64,000 bases of DNA from an uncultured Clostridia bacterium. GTDB taxonomy: Bacteria; Bacillota; Clostridia; Christensenellales; Borkfalkiaceae. The position numbers were made by a program, and so were the translations under genes. A model generated the notes under the pieces. That model ran no database searches, was not told the origin of the DNA, and saw only the letters and a list, made by a program, of their open reading frames with translations. Within the stretch, counting starts at the first letter, position 1, and the number at the start of each line of letters is the position of its first letter. Location: NCBI GenBank assembly GCA_947588985.1, contig CANQBG010000004.1, positions 1,667 through 65,666 of the forward strand. Direction: 5' to 3'. Of the stretch, positions 44,097 to 54,248 are shown in pieces.

Positions 44097-45530
44097 TTAT
44101 TTCCCGCCGCATGCGTAGTAGGCATCTTCGAGCGCTTTGTGCGGCGCCTTTTGGCCGAGCATCGCATACTGCACGACGGTCGTCATCTGCGCACGGGCCG
44201 TGGAGGAACCGACGAATGCGGGAGAGGTGAAGAAGCGCTCGGTGAGAAGCTGCGCCGCGGCAGCCGCCTTGGAAGTGACGAGATCCTTCTTGACGGTGAT
44301 ATCCTTCCCTGTCTCGGGGTCTTTCTGCGCGAGGAAGGCAGCGTAGCCCTCTTCCTCATAGACCTCGGTGCGCATGGGGTTGTAGCCGCTCTCTTTTGCA
44401 AACTTGGCCTGGAATTTGATATCGAGCAGTTCTTTGATGAACTGGAAGGTCATGATCTGCTTCTCGGTGGGGTTGGCCGCCTTGTGGCCGCCCGCAAGCA
44501 TGACAAGGGAAGGCCCCTGGCTGATGCACTCCGCGTGGAGCTCGCCATCGCGCATGGTGCCGGGGATGGGCGCGACTTCCGTCGTGAAATCGTTGCCGGC
44601 CTGGTTGCTTGCGCCGCCCGAGGAACCGATGCAGAATACGAGGCCGCCGTTCTCCGGCCCTTTGATGAAGAGGCCGCTCGTGTAGCTATTGTACTCCTGC
44701 TGCGTGGTGAAGTATCCGAGATCGTGGTATTCTGCGATCTCGCCAAGCCATTCTTCGGCGCCGCTGTTCACAAAGAGGAAGTGGTTGGCGGGATCGGGGT
44801 CCGTGTAGCCGAAGTTCCGCTGCGCCGCCATGGTGATGAACCAGTTGGCCTCGCTGTCGTAGCCGAGAGGGGTGCAGGTCGGCCACATCTGCCGCGCTTC
44901 CTTGCACATCTTCCAGAGATCGTCCCACGTTTCGGGAGCCTCACTATAGCCGAGCTTTTTGAGCGCATCGGGGTTGTAATAAAGAAGCTCGGTGGACTTG
45001 ACGAAGGGAAGGGTGAGGAGCGCCGTCTCGGTGAGGCCCGCATCGGCGTAGCCCGTGAAGTTCTTCGCGCGGCCCTCTTCGAGGTAGCCGGGGATGAAGT
45101 TTTCCACTTCCTCTTCGGTGAAGCCGATGCGATCCACGGTGTAGTCCACTTCATCTACGGTGTAGGTGTAGCTCTCGCCGTTTGTGAGGTATTGGTCCAT
45201 ATCCACCACTTTGCCGCTCTCGATGTACTGGGCGACGTGGTCGGCATAGCAATAGGCGAGATCGGGCTGGAGGCCTGCGGTAAGGTCCTGACGGACTTTA
45301 TCCAAAACCTCGTCGTATCCGCCGGGTTTGGTGTGCTCCACCGTCCAGCCGGGATACTTTTCCTCAAACGCCGCGATCGCCTCCTCCGTTACGGTAGCAA
45401 GCGCGTCGCCCTGCGAAGAGTAGAACAAAATCGTGTGATTATAGTCCGCTCCGCCGCCGCACGCCGCGATCGTAACGCAGCCCGTGATGGCCATACAGCT
45501 CGCCAGCGCAATTGTGATAAGCTTCTTCAT
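44097..45530 (-). CDS. ABC transporter substrate-binding lipoprotein (family 1 / CUT1-type)
   Basis: Lipobox TIAAC-GGG. 477 aa with a MalE-like fold pattern. Upstream of two MalFG-type permeases. Confidence 0.8.
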   Translation of the reverse strand: MKKLITIALASCMAITGCVTIAACGGGADYNHTILFYSSQGDALATVTEEAIAAFEEKYPGWTVEHTKPGGYDEVLDKVRQDLTAGLQPDLAYCYADHVAQYIESGKVVDMDQYLTNGESYTYTVDEVDYTVDRIGFTEEEVENFIPGYLEEGRAKNFTGYADAGLTETALLTLPFVKSTELLYYNPDALKKLGYSEAPETWDDLWKMCKEARQMWPTCTPLGYDSEANWFITMAAQRNFGYTDPDPANHFLFVNSGAEEWLGEIAEYHDLGYFTTQQEYNSYTSGLFIKGPENGGLVFCIGSSGGASNQAGNDFTTEVAPIPGTMRDGELHAECISQGPSLVMLAGGHKAANPTEKQIMTFQFIKELLDIKFQAKFAKESGYNPMRTEVYEEEGYAAFLAQKDPETGKDITVKKDLVTSKAAAAAQLLTERFFTSPAFVGSSTARAQMTTVVQYAMLGQKAPHKALEDAYYACGGK

Positions 45531-45617
45531 GTTGTTCTCCTTTTTTTAATTTTATCTCTGCCCTGCCCGAAGGGCCCGGGAGAAATCCGATGAGTTCGCG
45601 GCCGCAACCGCCAAATA

Positions 45618-46628
45618 TCAACCCTTCGTGCCGCTCTTGGAAACGCCGCGCATGATGTATTTCCGGCAGAAGATGAAGAGGATGAGAAGAGGAAGGCTGA
45701 CCATGCAGACGGCCGCCATCTTGAGGGTGTCGAGCGTCTCGGAGGTGCCGTAGAGACCGCCGTAGATCGTCCAATTCTCGCCCCAAGGGCTCGTCGGCTG
45801 GACGCGGTCTACAAATCCGCCCGTGACCCAGTTGGTGATGAGCTGCCACTGCTGGGCGTTGACGAGGCGGGGCCAGATGTAGCTATTCCATGTGCCGATG
45901 AATTTGAGCAGCGTGATGGAGATGAGCGTGGGCGCGGTGAGCGGGATCATGACTTTGAGCAGGTACCCGAGATCGCTGAGACCATCGACTTTCGCCGCTT
46001 GATAGAGCGAGTTGGGGATCTGCATGAAGTTGTTCCGAAGCAGGTAGATATAGTAGACGCTGACGAGGAAGGGCAAGATGAGCACCGTGTAGGAGTTGGT
46101 CATGCCCGCCTTGGCTACCGTGATGTAGTTGGAGACGGTGAAGAGTTCGCCGGGGATCATCATCGTGGCGAGCATGACGGCGAAGAGGATGTTCTTCCCC
46201 TTGAAGTCCATGCGCGCGAGGGCGTAGGCCGTTACCACAATGACGACGAGCCCCAAAAAGGTGGAGAGCAGCCCGACGACAATGGTGTTGATGAGGATCT
46301 GCCCGAAGGAGGCGCCTCCGCGCGTGCCCGTCACCTGATGGAATACCATCCAATAGTTCTTCCACTGGAAGCTGTGCGGGAAGAAGGTGGGCACCGATTC
46401 GCGGAACTCCATCTCCGTCTTGACGGAGGACATGAGCATCCAATAGAAGGGCAGGAAGGCAAGGACTGCGCAGACCGTCAAAAACAGATAGACAAAGACA
46501 TTTTTGACGATGTGCAGGATCTTGGCCCGCTTTTGGGCCTTCTCGGCGTCGAACCCCTCGTCGCCGGCGGAGAGATCCCATTGCCCGACAACTACGGGCG
46601 CTTTCTGATTCTTAGATGATTTCGCCAT
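45618..46628 (-). CDS. carbohydrate-type ABC transporter permease (MalG-like)
   Basis: Six TM helices. EAA loop YQAAKVDGLSDLGYLLKVMIPL. Confidence 0.85.
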   Translation of the reverse strand: MAKSSKNQKAPVVVGQWDLSAGDEGFDAEKAQKRAKILHIVKNVFVYLFLTVCAVLAFLPFYWMLMSSVKTEMEFRESVPTFFPHSFQWKNYWMVFHQVTGTRGGASFGQILINTIVVGLLSTFLGLVVIVVTAYALARMDFKGKNILFAVMLATMMIPGELFTVSNYITVAKAGMTNSYTVLILPFLVSVYYIYLLRNNFMQIPNSLYQAAKVDGLSDLGYLLKVMIPLTAPTLISITLLKFIGTWNSYIWPRLVNAQQWQLITNWVTGGFVDRVQPTSPWGENWTIYGGLYGTSETLDTLKMAAVCMVSLPLLILFIFCRKYIMRGVSKSGTKG

Positions 46629-46643
46629 GCCATTCTCTCCTTA

Positions 46644-47753
46644 TCAATACGTCGTCCGTTTTTTCGTGATCAAGTTGTTGATCCATGTGATGATCATGAT
46701 GATCACGAAGAGGATCAGCGATCCGGCATAGGCATAGCCCGTCTGCCCGAGGCCGATGTAATTATAGAGATAGCCGACCATGGTACCCATGTCGTAGTTC
46801 ATGCCCATCGTCTCCCCGAAGAGACCGACGATGGCGGAGTATTGCTTCATGCCGCCCATGATGCCCGTCACCAAGAGGTAACTGATCTGCGGCATGATCA
46901 TCGGCGCGGTGATGTGCCAAAGGACGGTCCAGCGGCTCGCGCCGTCTACCTTGGCGGCGTCGTAATACTGCTTGTTGATGGACTGCATCGCGCTGAAGAG
47001 GATGAGGATCTTGAAGGGAAGGCCCGACCAAACCTCATAGATGATCGTGACGATGTATTTCGCCCAAGGAATATTGAGCTTCCCGAGTTGCCAATGGGGC
47101 GATTGGAGGCCCACCCAGTCGATGGGCTTGATGCCGAACCAGCCGAGGACGATATTGACGATGCCCACCGTGTCCGTGTTGTTCGGCGTGCCGATGATCT
47201 TGAAGAAGGTCGCGAACACGGCGCCCATGGCGAGCGCGTTGGTGAGGTAGGGAAGGAAAAATACCGTCTGGTAGAGCTTCTGCACCCGCTTAATGGAGTT
47301 GAGCGCCACACTGATGAGAAGGGCGAGTAATGTAGAAAGGGGCACGGAAACAAAGGTCAGAAGCAACGTGTTCACTAAACATTGAACAAAGTTGGCTCCG
47401 CCGGTTCCCGTGTCGCCTTTCAAAACACGAATGAAATTGTCGAACCCCCACCCGTTGAAGGTGCCCGTCATCCCGTTGTATTGCTGTTGGAAAGATCCGA
47501 CAAACGCCGCGATGATGGGATAGAAGGTGAAAACGGCCATCAAAATGAGCGCCGGCGTGACGAAGAGCCAGCCGCTCTGCGACCGGAGACCGCGGCGGAA
47601 TCTCTCCCCGCGGCTGAGCGTGGGGCCTTCGGGAGTGAGGCCATCCCCTCCCGCAGGCGCCTTTTCGCGCTTGAAGCGTGCACCGAGGCCGGGCTTGTTG
47701 CGCTCCTTGGGCGTCTCGGCAAGCGTTGCAACGGTTTCTTTCTCTTCCATCAT
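46644..47753 (-). CDS. carbohydrate-type ABC transporter permease (MalF-like)
   Basis: EAA loop YDAAKVDGASRWTVLWHITAPM. 4-nt overlap with the ATPase gene. Confidence 0.85.
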   Translation of the reverse strand: MMEEKETVATLAETPKERNKPGLGARFKREKAPAGGDGLTPEGPTLSRGERFRRGLRSQSGWLFVTPALILMAVFTFYPIIAAFVGSFQQQYNGMTGTFNGWGFDNFIRVLKGDTGTGGANFVQCLVNTLLLTFVSVPLSTLLALLISVALNSIKRVQKLYQTVFFLPYLTNALAMGAVFATFFKIIGTPNNTDTVGIVNIVLGWFGIKPIDWVGLQSPHWQLGKLNIPWAKYIVTIIYEVWSGLPFKILILFSAMQSINKQYYDAAKVDGASRWTVLWHITAPMIMPQISYLLVTGIMGGMKQYSAIVGLFGETMGMNYDMGTMVGYLYNYIGLGQTGYAYAGSLILFVIIMIITWINNLITKKRTTY

Positions 47754-48835
47754 CTCAACCTCTCTTCCGTCTCGGCGTCAAACAGGAACAGCTTGTAGGG
47801 TTTGATATTGAATCGGAGCGTCTCGGCGTCCGGCGGCAACATTACGTCGCTGTCGATGATGGAGCGCACGGTCGGCTTGGTGGAGCACTCGTGCACGGAG
47901 ACGACCGATTTATCCCGCCCCATGACCTCGATGTGGTCCACGCGGAGCGTGAAGGCGCCCTCGGCGTCGTAGATGAAGCCCTCGGGGCGGATGCCGACGT
48001 AGACTTCCCGGTTCTCGTACCCGCACGACGCGGGCGCTTCGGCCACGGCCTCCCCGCCGATATACACCTTGCCGCCCTCCGTGTATCCCTTGAAGATGTT
48101 GATGGGGGGCGTGCCGAGGAAGTTGGCGACAAAGAGGTTGTTGGGATCGTCGTAAATGTCCTGCGGGGCGCCGATCTGCTGGACGACGCCGAGCTTCATG
48201 ACGACCATGGTATCGCAGATGCTCATCGCCTCTTCCTGATCGTGCGTGACGAACACCGTGGTGATCCCCGTCGTGCGCTGGATGCGCTTGATCTCCTCCC
48301 GCGTCTGCAATCTGAGGCGAGCGTCGAGGTTGGAGAGCGGCTCATCGAGAAGGAGCACGTTGGGCATCTTGACGAGCGCGCGGGCGATGGCGACGCGCTG
48401 CTGCTGGCCGCCCGAGAGCTCGTTGGGCTTGCGGGACATGAGGTCCTCGATCTGCACAAGCCGCGCCGCGTCGAGCGCACGGGCGTTGCCCTCTTCCTTC
48501 TTGATGCGCATGTTGTCGAGGGGGAAGCGGATATTTTGCTCCACCGTCATGTGAGGATAGAGCGCGTAGTTCTGGAACACCAAGCCGATGCCCCGTTTTT
48601 CGGCGGCAAGGGTGGTGACATCCTGGTCGTCGAAGAGGATCTTGCCCGAAGTCGGGCTCTCCAACCCGCTCAACATGAAGAGCGTGGTCGATTTCCCGCA
48701 ACCGGAGGGACCGAGCAGACCCACGAGCTGGCCGGAGGGGATCTCGATGTTCATGTCCTCCACGGCATGCACCGCTTCGCCGCCCTTCGTGCGGGAGGGA
48801 AAGATCTTGGTTAAGTGCTGAATGGATATCCTCAT
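47750..48835 (-). CDS. ABC transporter ATP-binding protein (MalK/MsmK/UgpC-like)
   Basis: [35 protein letters not shown] and a C-terminal TOBE-like regulatory domain. Confidence 0.9.
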   Translation of the reverse strand: MRISIQHLTKIFPSRTKGGEAVHAVEDMNIEIPSGQLVGLLGPSGCGKSTTLFMLSGLESPTSGKILFDDQDVTTLAAEKRGIGLVFQNYALYPHMTVEQNIRFPLDNMRIKKEEGNARALDAARLVQIEDLMSRKPNELSGGQQQRVAIARALVKMPNVLLLDEPLSNLDARLRLQTREEIKRIQRTTGITTVFVTHDQEEAMSICDTMVVMKLGVVQQIGAPQDIYDDPNNLFVANFLGTPPINIFKGYTEGGKVYIGGEAVAEAPASCGYENREVYVGIRPEGFIYDAEGAFTLRVDHIEVMGRDKSVVSVHECSTKPTVRSIIDSDVMLPPDAETLRFNIKPYKLFLFDAETEERLR

Positions 48836-48840
48836 AAGCG

Positions 48841-50118
48841 TTACACCTCGCGCTTTACTATTTTGATTGTTTTCTCCATCCGGTACCCCTCGACTTCGAG
48901 GTTCTCGGGCAGATCCAAGGGAGCGTAAGTTCTGTCGATATCAATGAACGGATTGACGTAGACGCCCGCTTTGAGGCGCTGCGTCGCGGTGTAGCCATCG
49001 GATTTGAGGAGGGAAAAGACGACTTCCTCGCCGCCAAAGGTGTACTTTATCTGCACGCTACCGTTGAACTCCGGCACCTCCGCCACGTCGAGCGTGAGCG
49101 TGACCGTGCTGAAGTAGTCGTGCCCGAACACCTCCCCTTTCGCGGGCGACTTTTGGCCCTTGCGGGGGATCTTGCACACCTTGAACAAAAACCATTGGAA
49201 AAAGCGGATGATGAAGTGCGTCCCCAAGAGGAAGTCTGCAATGATGTAGATCGCGACGAAATAGAGGATGATGAAGGGGATCGCCTTCTGATTGGCGCGC
49301 CGGCCGATCTCCTTGGCCGCGGCCGCGTATTCGGCGGAGGCGGCTGTCACCTCGCAGCCCGGCGCGGCGCCGAGCGCTTCCTTCACCTCTTTGACGTAAG
49401 CATTGCGCGCTTCGGCCGTATCCTCCCCTCTCGCGCTGCGGGCGACGAGCTCGTTGTAGGCACCCATGTCCGCAAAGCAATCGTAAAATTCGCTCTCGAA
49501 GGTGAGGTCCTCCTCGGGGGAGGCGGTGAAGGCGATCTCGCCCGTGCGGTCGGTAAACGCCAAGGACCGGATGGAGGAAACGTCCTCTTTGCGGATCTCG
49601 AGTAGGATGAATCCGCTCTGCAGGAAGTTGGAGATGCCGTCGTTGGAGCCATCCCCGTTTTGGTCGTAATCGAGGAGCGGGAGCGTGATTTCCCGCCCGT
49701 TCGCCTGCGTCACCTTGAGCGACGTGCCGTTCTTCTGCGTGGAGAACACATCGTAGCGCCCCTTCATGCCATAGACGAACCCGGTATAACAGGAATAGAG
49801 CATCCCGTGGGTGAGCTTGTCCGCGGTCTCATCGGGATCGACGGCGTCGCGGTCGAACACCTCCATCACCGCTTCGTATAAGATCACACCGCCGCCGCCC
49901 TCAAAACTCGCCTTTAGCGCGGGCTCGCGGGCAAAGCCGACGGGCTCCGTGAGGACGAGCCCCGTGACGAAATCGCCGCGCCCCAAGGCCTCTGCCACCA
50001 CGTCCGCGGGGACGGTGAAGGAGGCGAAATAGCCGGGCAACGTGAGCGAAAACACCACGCCGATGCCGAAGGTAAAGATAAAATAGATGACGGCCGGGAA
50101 GATCCTGTTCTTCTTCAT
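48841..50118 (-). CDS. membrane protein of unknown function
   Basis: 425 aa. An N-terminal TM helix, an extracytoplasmic domain and a central TM pair. Co-directional with and packed against the ABC genes. Confidence 0.6.
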   Translation of the reverse strand: MKKNRIFPAVIYFIFTFGIGVVFSLTLPGYFASFTVPADVVAEALGRGDFVTGLVLTEPVGFAREPALKASFEGGGGVILYEAVMEVFDRDAVDPDETADKLTHGMLYSCYTGFVYGMKGRYDVFSTQKNGTSLKVTQANGREITLPLLDYDQNGDGSNDGISNFLQSGFILLEIRKEDVSSIRSLAFTDRTGEIAFTASPEEDLTFESEFYDCFADMGAYNELVARSARGEDTAEARNAYVKEVKEALGAAPGCEVTAASAEYAAAAKEIGRRANQKAIPFIILYFVAIYIIADFLLGTHFIIRFFQWFLFKVCKIPRKGQKSPAKGEVFGHDYFSTVTLTLDVAEVPEFNGSVQIKYTFGGEEVVFSLLKSDGYTATQRLKAGVYVNPFIDIDRTYAPLDLPENLEVEGYRMEKTIKIVKREV

Positions 50119-50417
50119 TTCTCGTCGGCGCCGCCCGATTGTTCCGTGGGATCCTGCGCCTCGGCTGCAGGTTCATCGGAAAATTCTTCGGGTAAACCGG
50201 CAACGACCGACGGGGATCCGTCGGTTCGTTTCACATTGGACTGAAACGCGGCCTCCCTCTTTTTGAGGTTGTCCCGCATTTCCTGATATTGTTTTTTGTT
50301 GATCACGGGGATCAGAAAATAGGCGACGATACAGAGCACAACGAGTACTCCGAGCACAACGAAGAAGATGATATCCGTTGAACTGAGCGGATTGAGCGCA
50401 AGTAATGAGCGAAGCAT
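50115..50417 (-). CDS. small single-pass membrane protein
   Basis: 100 aa. TM helix IIFFVVLGVLVVLCIVAYFLIPV. GGAGG RBS. ATGA overlap with the downstream gene. Confidence 0.55.
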   Translation of the reverse strand: MLRSLLALNPLSSTDIIFFVVLGVLVVLCIVAYFLIPVINKKQYQEMRDNLKKREAAFQSNVKRTDGSPSVVAGLPEEFSDEPAAEAQDPTEQSGGADEK

Positions 50418-50636
50418 ATAATCTCTCTTCCTCCCAAGAGTGAATTCCGATTCAAACCGATCCGGACGAAAAGCGCGTCCCTTGTTCCGCTATGTATCCC
50501 AACAATTAAAATTATAGCATTCTGCGGCGGAGATGTCAATCTGAATTCAATTTATTGTTTCCCCAAAAACCGACAAATTTCCGAAAACTCCGCATTTTCC
50601 CAAACAAGGGAGGGGAAACGCCTCTCCCTCGCGAAA

Positions 50637-52277
50637 CTATTGCTTGCGCCGACGCACGAGCGCAGCCGCAACGGCCGCAGGAAAAGCCGCCGCCGCGAAC
50701 ATTCCCGCGCCTGCGCCGATGGTGCCGTTGCACCCTTTCTTGTTCGAGGAGCCCTCGGAAGGCGTGCTTCCGCCGGGATTCTCTTCGCCGGGGTTATCGT
50801 CGCCGCCGGGGTTATCTTCGCCGCCGGGGTTGACGTCGCCGCCGGGGTTGACGTCGCCGCCGGGATTCACGTCGCCGCCGGGGTTATCGTCGCCGCCGGG
50901 CGTTTCCGCGGGGGCATACTCTATCAGAATGCTATCGAGATACGCCGCGCCCGAACTCTTTTCTAATTCATAGGTCAGCGCAAAATAGGTATCCTCGCAA
51001 TCGAGCACCCATGTGACGCCGCCCTCCGTGACCGTCTTGGTGCCGTGGTCGGTGCCGTTCGTGGGCTTTTTCGCGACTTCGCCATAGGGCGTGTCCGAGG
51101 TGAGGAGCTTCCAAGGGCTGTCCGTCGTCCCCCGATAGCTCTTTACGGTGATCGATCGAATGGGGCGCGACGCAGCCACATTGCTCGCAAAGTAATAGCT
51201 ATCTCGATTTTTGTTGAACTGCATCCCCTTGTTCGCGGGATAAGAGCCGCTCCCGCCATAGATGAAGGCGACGCCGCCGATGCCGCCCTCGGACCATCTC
51301 TTGAATCCGTAGCCATCCGTGAGGGCAAAACTCTCGAGCGTGATCGTGATCGTATCCGCCTCGGGGTCCACCGGCCCTACCACGTCGCCCACGGGGTCCT
51401 TGGGGCCGACGGCGCCTTCCGACCATACCATGTCCGCGTACTCGGGGTGATCGACGAAGGGATTGCGGTTGCCCTGAATGTCCGCCGCCGCCTCGTTGCG
51501 CGCTATTTCGAGCGCGTCCACGGGGTCGTCATTGTGCCACTTTAAGAGCAGTTCCACCGCCTCATCCTCCGAGGCGGCCGAGATGACGTTGGTGAATTTC
51601 AGCGTGCCGAAGTAGCTCGCGTTCCCGCTTCCGTTGGTCGTGCCGCCGACGTTGGCATAGGTATTGTAGTGCGTGTACACATACATGACGATGCGCGCGA
51701 CGTCGCCCTTCACCGCGTCGATGGGTTCGAATACCGCCCCCTGCTCATACCCGGCAACGGCGATCTGCGTATCGCTCTTGTCGCGGTACCAAATCGTCGT
51801 ACCGCTTGTGGTTTCCCCGTATTTATCGTTGTCGCGCGCGGAGTTGACCCGGCTCTCGGTGGGACGGATGTGCAGTAGGTCGCTTCCGCCGCCGCCCTGC
51901 CCCCAAAGGCCGTTCGAGAGGCTCTGACACCAGACATGCTCCCTGTTCCACGTGCCCGAGTGGCCCGATTCCCACGTTGCGGAGAGCTTGGCTTGCGCAT
52001 AGAATTCCATGAGCTCGCCGTCGGGGCCGGGGTCCGTCCGCTGGACATAGGTGGGGTTCTTGCAGTCCTCGTAGCTCGTGTAGCGCGTATGCGTCTTTGT
52101 GATGAGGTCGTGGATCTGCCCGAGGAGAGGCAAGCCTTCCGTCTCGGTGACGGAGGCATAATAATCCCCTTCCGTGGCGGCCGACGCCGCCGTCCAACCG
52201 CCCCAGCCCGCGAACATGAGGGTAAGCCCCATGGCCGCCGCGGCCAAACCGAACACTGCCTTCTTTGCGTGGATCAT
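50637..52277 (-). CDS. secreted endonuclease I (EndA/Vvn-type) family nuclease with C-terminal repeats and hydrophobic anchor
   Basis: Trimmed to MIHAKKAVFGL (GGAGG RBS; signal peptide). NREHVWCQS, DLLHIRPTE and VNSARDNDKYGE match Endonuclease_1 motifs. The tail has (PGGDVN)n repeats, a TM helix and RRRKQ. Confidence 0.8.
   Translation of the reverse strand: MIHAKKAVFGLAAAAMGLTLMFAGWGGWTAASAATEGDYYASVTETEGLPLLGQIHDLITKTHTRYTSYEDCKNPTYVQRTDPGPDGELMEFYAQAKLSATWESGHSGTWNREHVWCQSLSNGLWGQGGGGSDLLHIRPTESRVNSARDNDKYGETTSGTTIWYRDKSDTQIAVAGYEQGAVFEPIDAVKGDVARIVMYVYTHYNTYANVGGTTNGSGNASYFGTLKFTNVISAASEDEAVELLLKWHNDDPVDALEIARNEAAADIQGNRNPFVDHPEYADMVWSEGAVGPKDPVGDVVGPVDPEADTITITLESFALTDGYGFKRWSEGGIGGVAFIYGGSGSYPANKGMQFNKNRDSYYFASNVAASRPIRSITVKSYRGTTDSPWKLLTSDTPYGEVAKKPTNGTDHGTKTVTEGGVTWVLDCEDTYFALTYELEKSSGAAYLDSILIEYAPAETPGGDDNPGGDVNPGGDVNPGGDVNPGGEDNPGGDDNPGEENPGGSTPSEGSSNKKGCNGTIGAGAGMFAAAAFPAAVAAALVRRRKQ
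50771..50899. repeat. 18-bp tandem coding repeat (PGGD[VD]N units)
   Basis: gccgccggggttgacgtc-type units repeat about 7 times inside the nuclease gene. Confidence 0.75.
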
Positions 52278-52867
52278 TGTATGTTTCCTCCTGCCTGTTG
52301 TTCGCGCATTCTGAGCCAGCACTTCCTGCACATCGCCACATAGCGGTCGTTGCCGCCGAGCAAAACTTGCGAGCCCTCCGTGACGATCATGCCCCGATCG
52401 TCGACGCGCGCGTTGACCGTTGCCTTGGCGCCGCATGTGCAGACCGATTTAATTTCGCTGATGGATTCCGCGATCTCAAACAGCCGCTTGCTGCCCGGGA
52501 ACAGATGCGTGGTGAAATCCGTCGCGAGGCCGAAGCACAGCACGGGGATGTCTTTCTCCATCACGATGTCGGAGAGCTCGTCTACCTGCTCGGGCGTGAG
52601 AAATTGACATTCATCGACGATGACGACGTCGCGATCGGCATACGACTCCTCATAGAGCCGGAAAAGATCGACGTCCGCCGCCACGGAGACGGCCTCCTGC
52701 CAAAGGCCGATGCGGGACTTCACGACGGTGGCCCCGTCGCGCGTGTCGATGGCGGGCTTGAGGAGGAGCACCTTCATGTTGCGCTCCTCGTAGTTGAACT
52801 TGGTGATGAGGGCCTGCGCCGTCTTGGAACAACCCATCGTCCCGAATTTGAAATAGAGTTTGGCCAT
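52274..52867 (-). CDS. tdk: thymidine kinase
   Basis: GTMGCSKT P-loop. 197 aa. C-terminal zinc motif CTCG...CRKC. Confidence 0.92.
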   Translation of the reverse strand: MAKLYFKFGTMGCSKTAQALITKFNYEERNMKVLLLKPAIDTRDGATVVKSRIGLWQEAVSVAADVDLFRLYEESYADRDVVIVDECQFLTPEQVDELSDIVMEKDIPVLCFGLATDFTTHLFPGSKRLFEIAESISEIKSVCTCGAKATVNARVDDRGMIVTEGSQVLLGGNDRYVAMCRKCWLRMREQQAGGNIQ

Positions 52868-52896
52868 AGGAATTTAAGCCCCGCAAACGCGCGGGA

Positions 52897-54198
52897 TCAT
52901 GCGATGATATCGTAAATGAGAGGCTCATCCTCGGGCATGGTGGGCCCGAACGTCGTCGCGGAGAGCAAGATCTGCGCGGCGTTTTCGAAGCGGGAGGGAT
53001 CGTTTGAGAAGAGATAGGCAACAGGCTCGCCCTTTTCGACGAAGTCCCCCGTCTTTTTCTTCAAGAGGATGCCCGCGCTGTAATCGATCGCGTCCTCCAC
53101 CTTGTTGCGGCCCGCGCCGAGCGCGAGGCTGGAAAGGCCGTATTGTTCGGCGTCCGCCCGCAAAATGTAGCCGCTCACAGGGCAGAGCACGGGATACGAA
53201 TATTGCGCCTTGGCGAATTTCTCCGTGTCTGCGATGCAACTTGCGTCTCCGCCCTGCGCCGCCACCGTCTCCATGAATTTTCGGAGCGCGCTGCCGTTTT
53301 CGATGGCCTTCCGTGCGAGCGCCTTGGCCTCTTCGGGGGTACCCATGTCCGCGAGGGAGAGCATGTAAGCCGCCAGCGTAAGGCACACTTCGGTGAAATC
53401 CTCCGGGCCGCGGCCCTTCAGCGTCTCCACCGCCTCGATGACCTCGAGGGAGTTGCCGATGGCATAGCCGAGCGGCCGATCCATGTTGGTGATGAGGGCC
53501 ACCGTCTTTTTGCCCGCGCCCTTGCCGATATCCACCATGAGGCGGGCGAGCGCCTTGCTCTCCTCCGTGCTCTTCATGAAGGAGCCGCTACCCGTCTTGA
53601 CGTCGAGCACGATGCAGTCGTCGTCGGCGGCGAGCTTTTTGCCCATGATGCTCGAGGCGATGAGGGGCATGCTGTCTACCGTCGCCGTCACGTCGCGCAG
53701 GGCGTAGAGCTTTTTATCGGCGGGGGCGAACTGCCGCGACTGCCCCACGATGGCGAGGCCGATCTCGTTGACCTGCCGCACAAACGCCTCGTCGGAGAGG
53801 GTGGTCGCAAAGCCAGGAATGGCCTCGAGCTTATCCACCGTGCCGCCCGTATGGCCGAGGCCGCGGCCGCTCATCTTGGCGACTTTCACGCCGTAGGAGG
53901 CGACGATGGGCGCGACGACGAGGCTCGTCTTATCCCCCACGCCGCCCGTGGAATGCTTGTCTACGCGGATCCCGCGGATGGCGGAGAAATTGAGCTTCTC
54001 CCCCGAATCGCGCACGGCATAGGTGAGGTCGCAGGTCTCCCGCACCGTCATGCCCTGAAAATAGATGGCCATGCACAGCGCGGAGATCTGGTAATCGGGG
54101 ATGCTGCCGTCGGTGACGCCGCGGATGAAGAAGCCGATCTCCTCCGTGGTGAGTTCGCCGCCGTCGCGTTTCTTCTTGATGATATCGTACATGCGCAT
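52897..54198 (-). CDS. pdp: pyrimidine-nucleoside (thymidine) phosphorylase
   Basis: Trimmed to MRMYDIIKKKRDG (AGGAGG RBS). DKHSTGGVGDKTSL motif. Confidence 0.92.
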   Translation of the reverse strand: MRMYDIIKKKRDGGELTTEEIGFFIRGVTDGSIPDYQISALCMAIYFQGMTVRETCDLTYAVRDSGEKLNFSAIRGIRVDKHSTGGVGDKTSLVVAPIVASYGVKVAKMSGRGLGHTGGTVDKLEAIPGFATTLSDEAFVRQVNEIGLAIVGQSRQFAPADKKLYALRDVTATVDSMPLIASSIMGKKLAADDDCIVLDVKTGSGSFMKSTEESKALARLMVDIGKGAGKKTVALITNMDRPLGYAIGNSLEVIEAVETLKGRGPEDFTEVCLTLAAYMLSLADMGTPEEAKALARKAIENGSALRKFMETVAAQGGDASCIADTEKFAKAQYSYPVLCPVSGYILRADAEQYGLSSLALGAGRNKVEDAIDYSAGILLKKKTGDFVEKGEPVAYLFSNDPSRFENAAQILLSATTFGPTMPEDEPLIYDIIA

Positions 54199-54248
54199 CG
54201 GAAATTCCTCCTGAAGGAAGCGGCTCTTGCCGCCCTCCTCTCTCAATG

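Noticed and set aside
50418-50636. Possible terminator hairpin (AGGGAGAGG...CCCTCCCT) after the endonuclease I gene
   Set aside because: The stem is interrupted and is not followed by a convincing T-run, so I did not annotate it.
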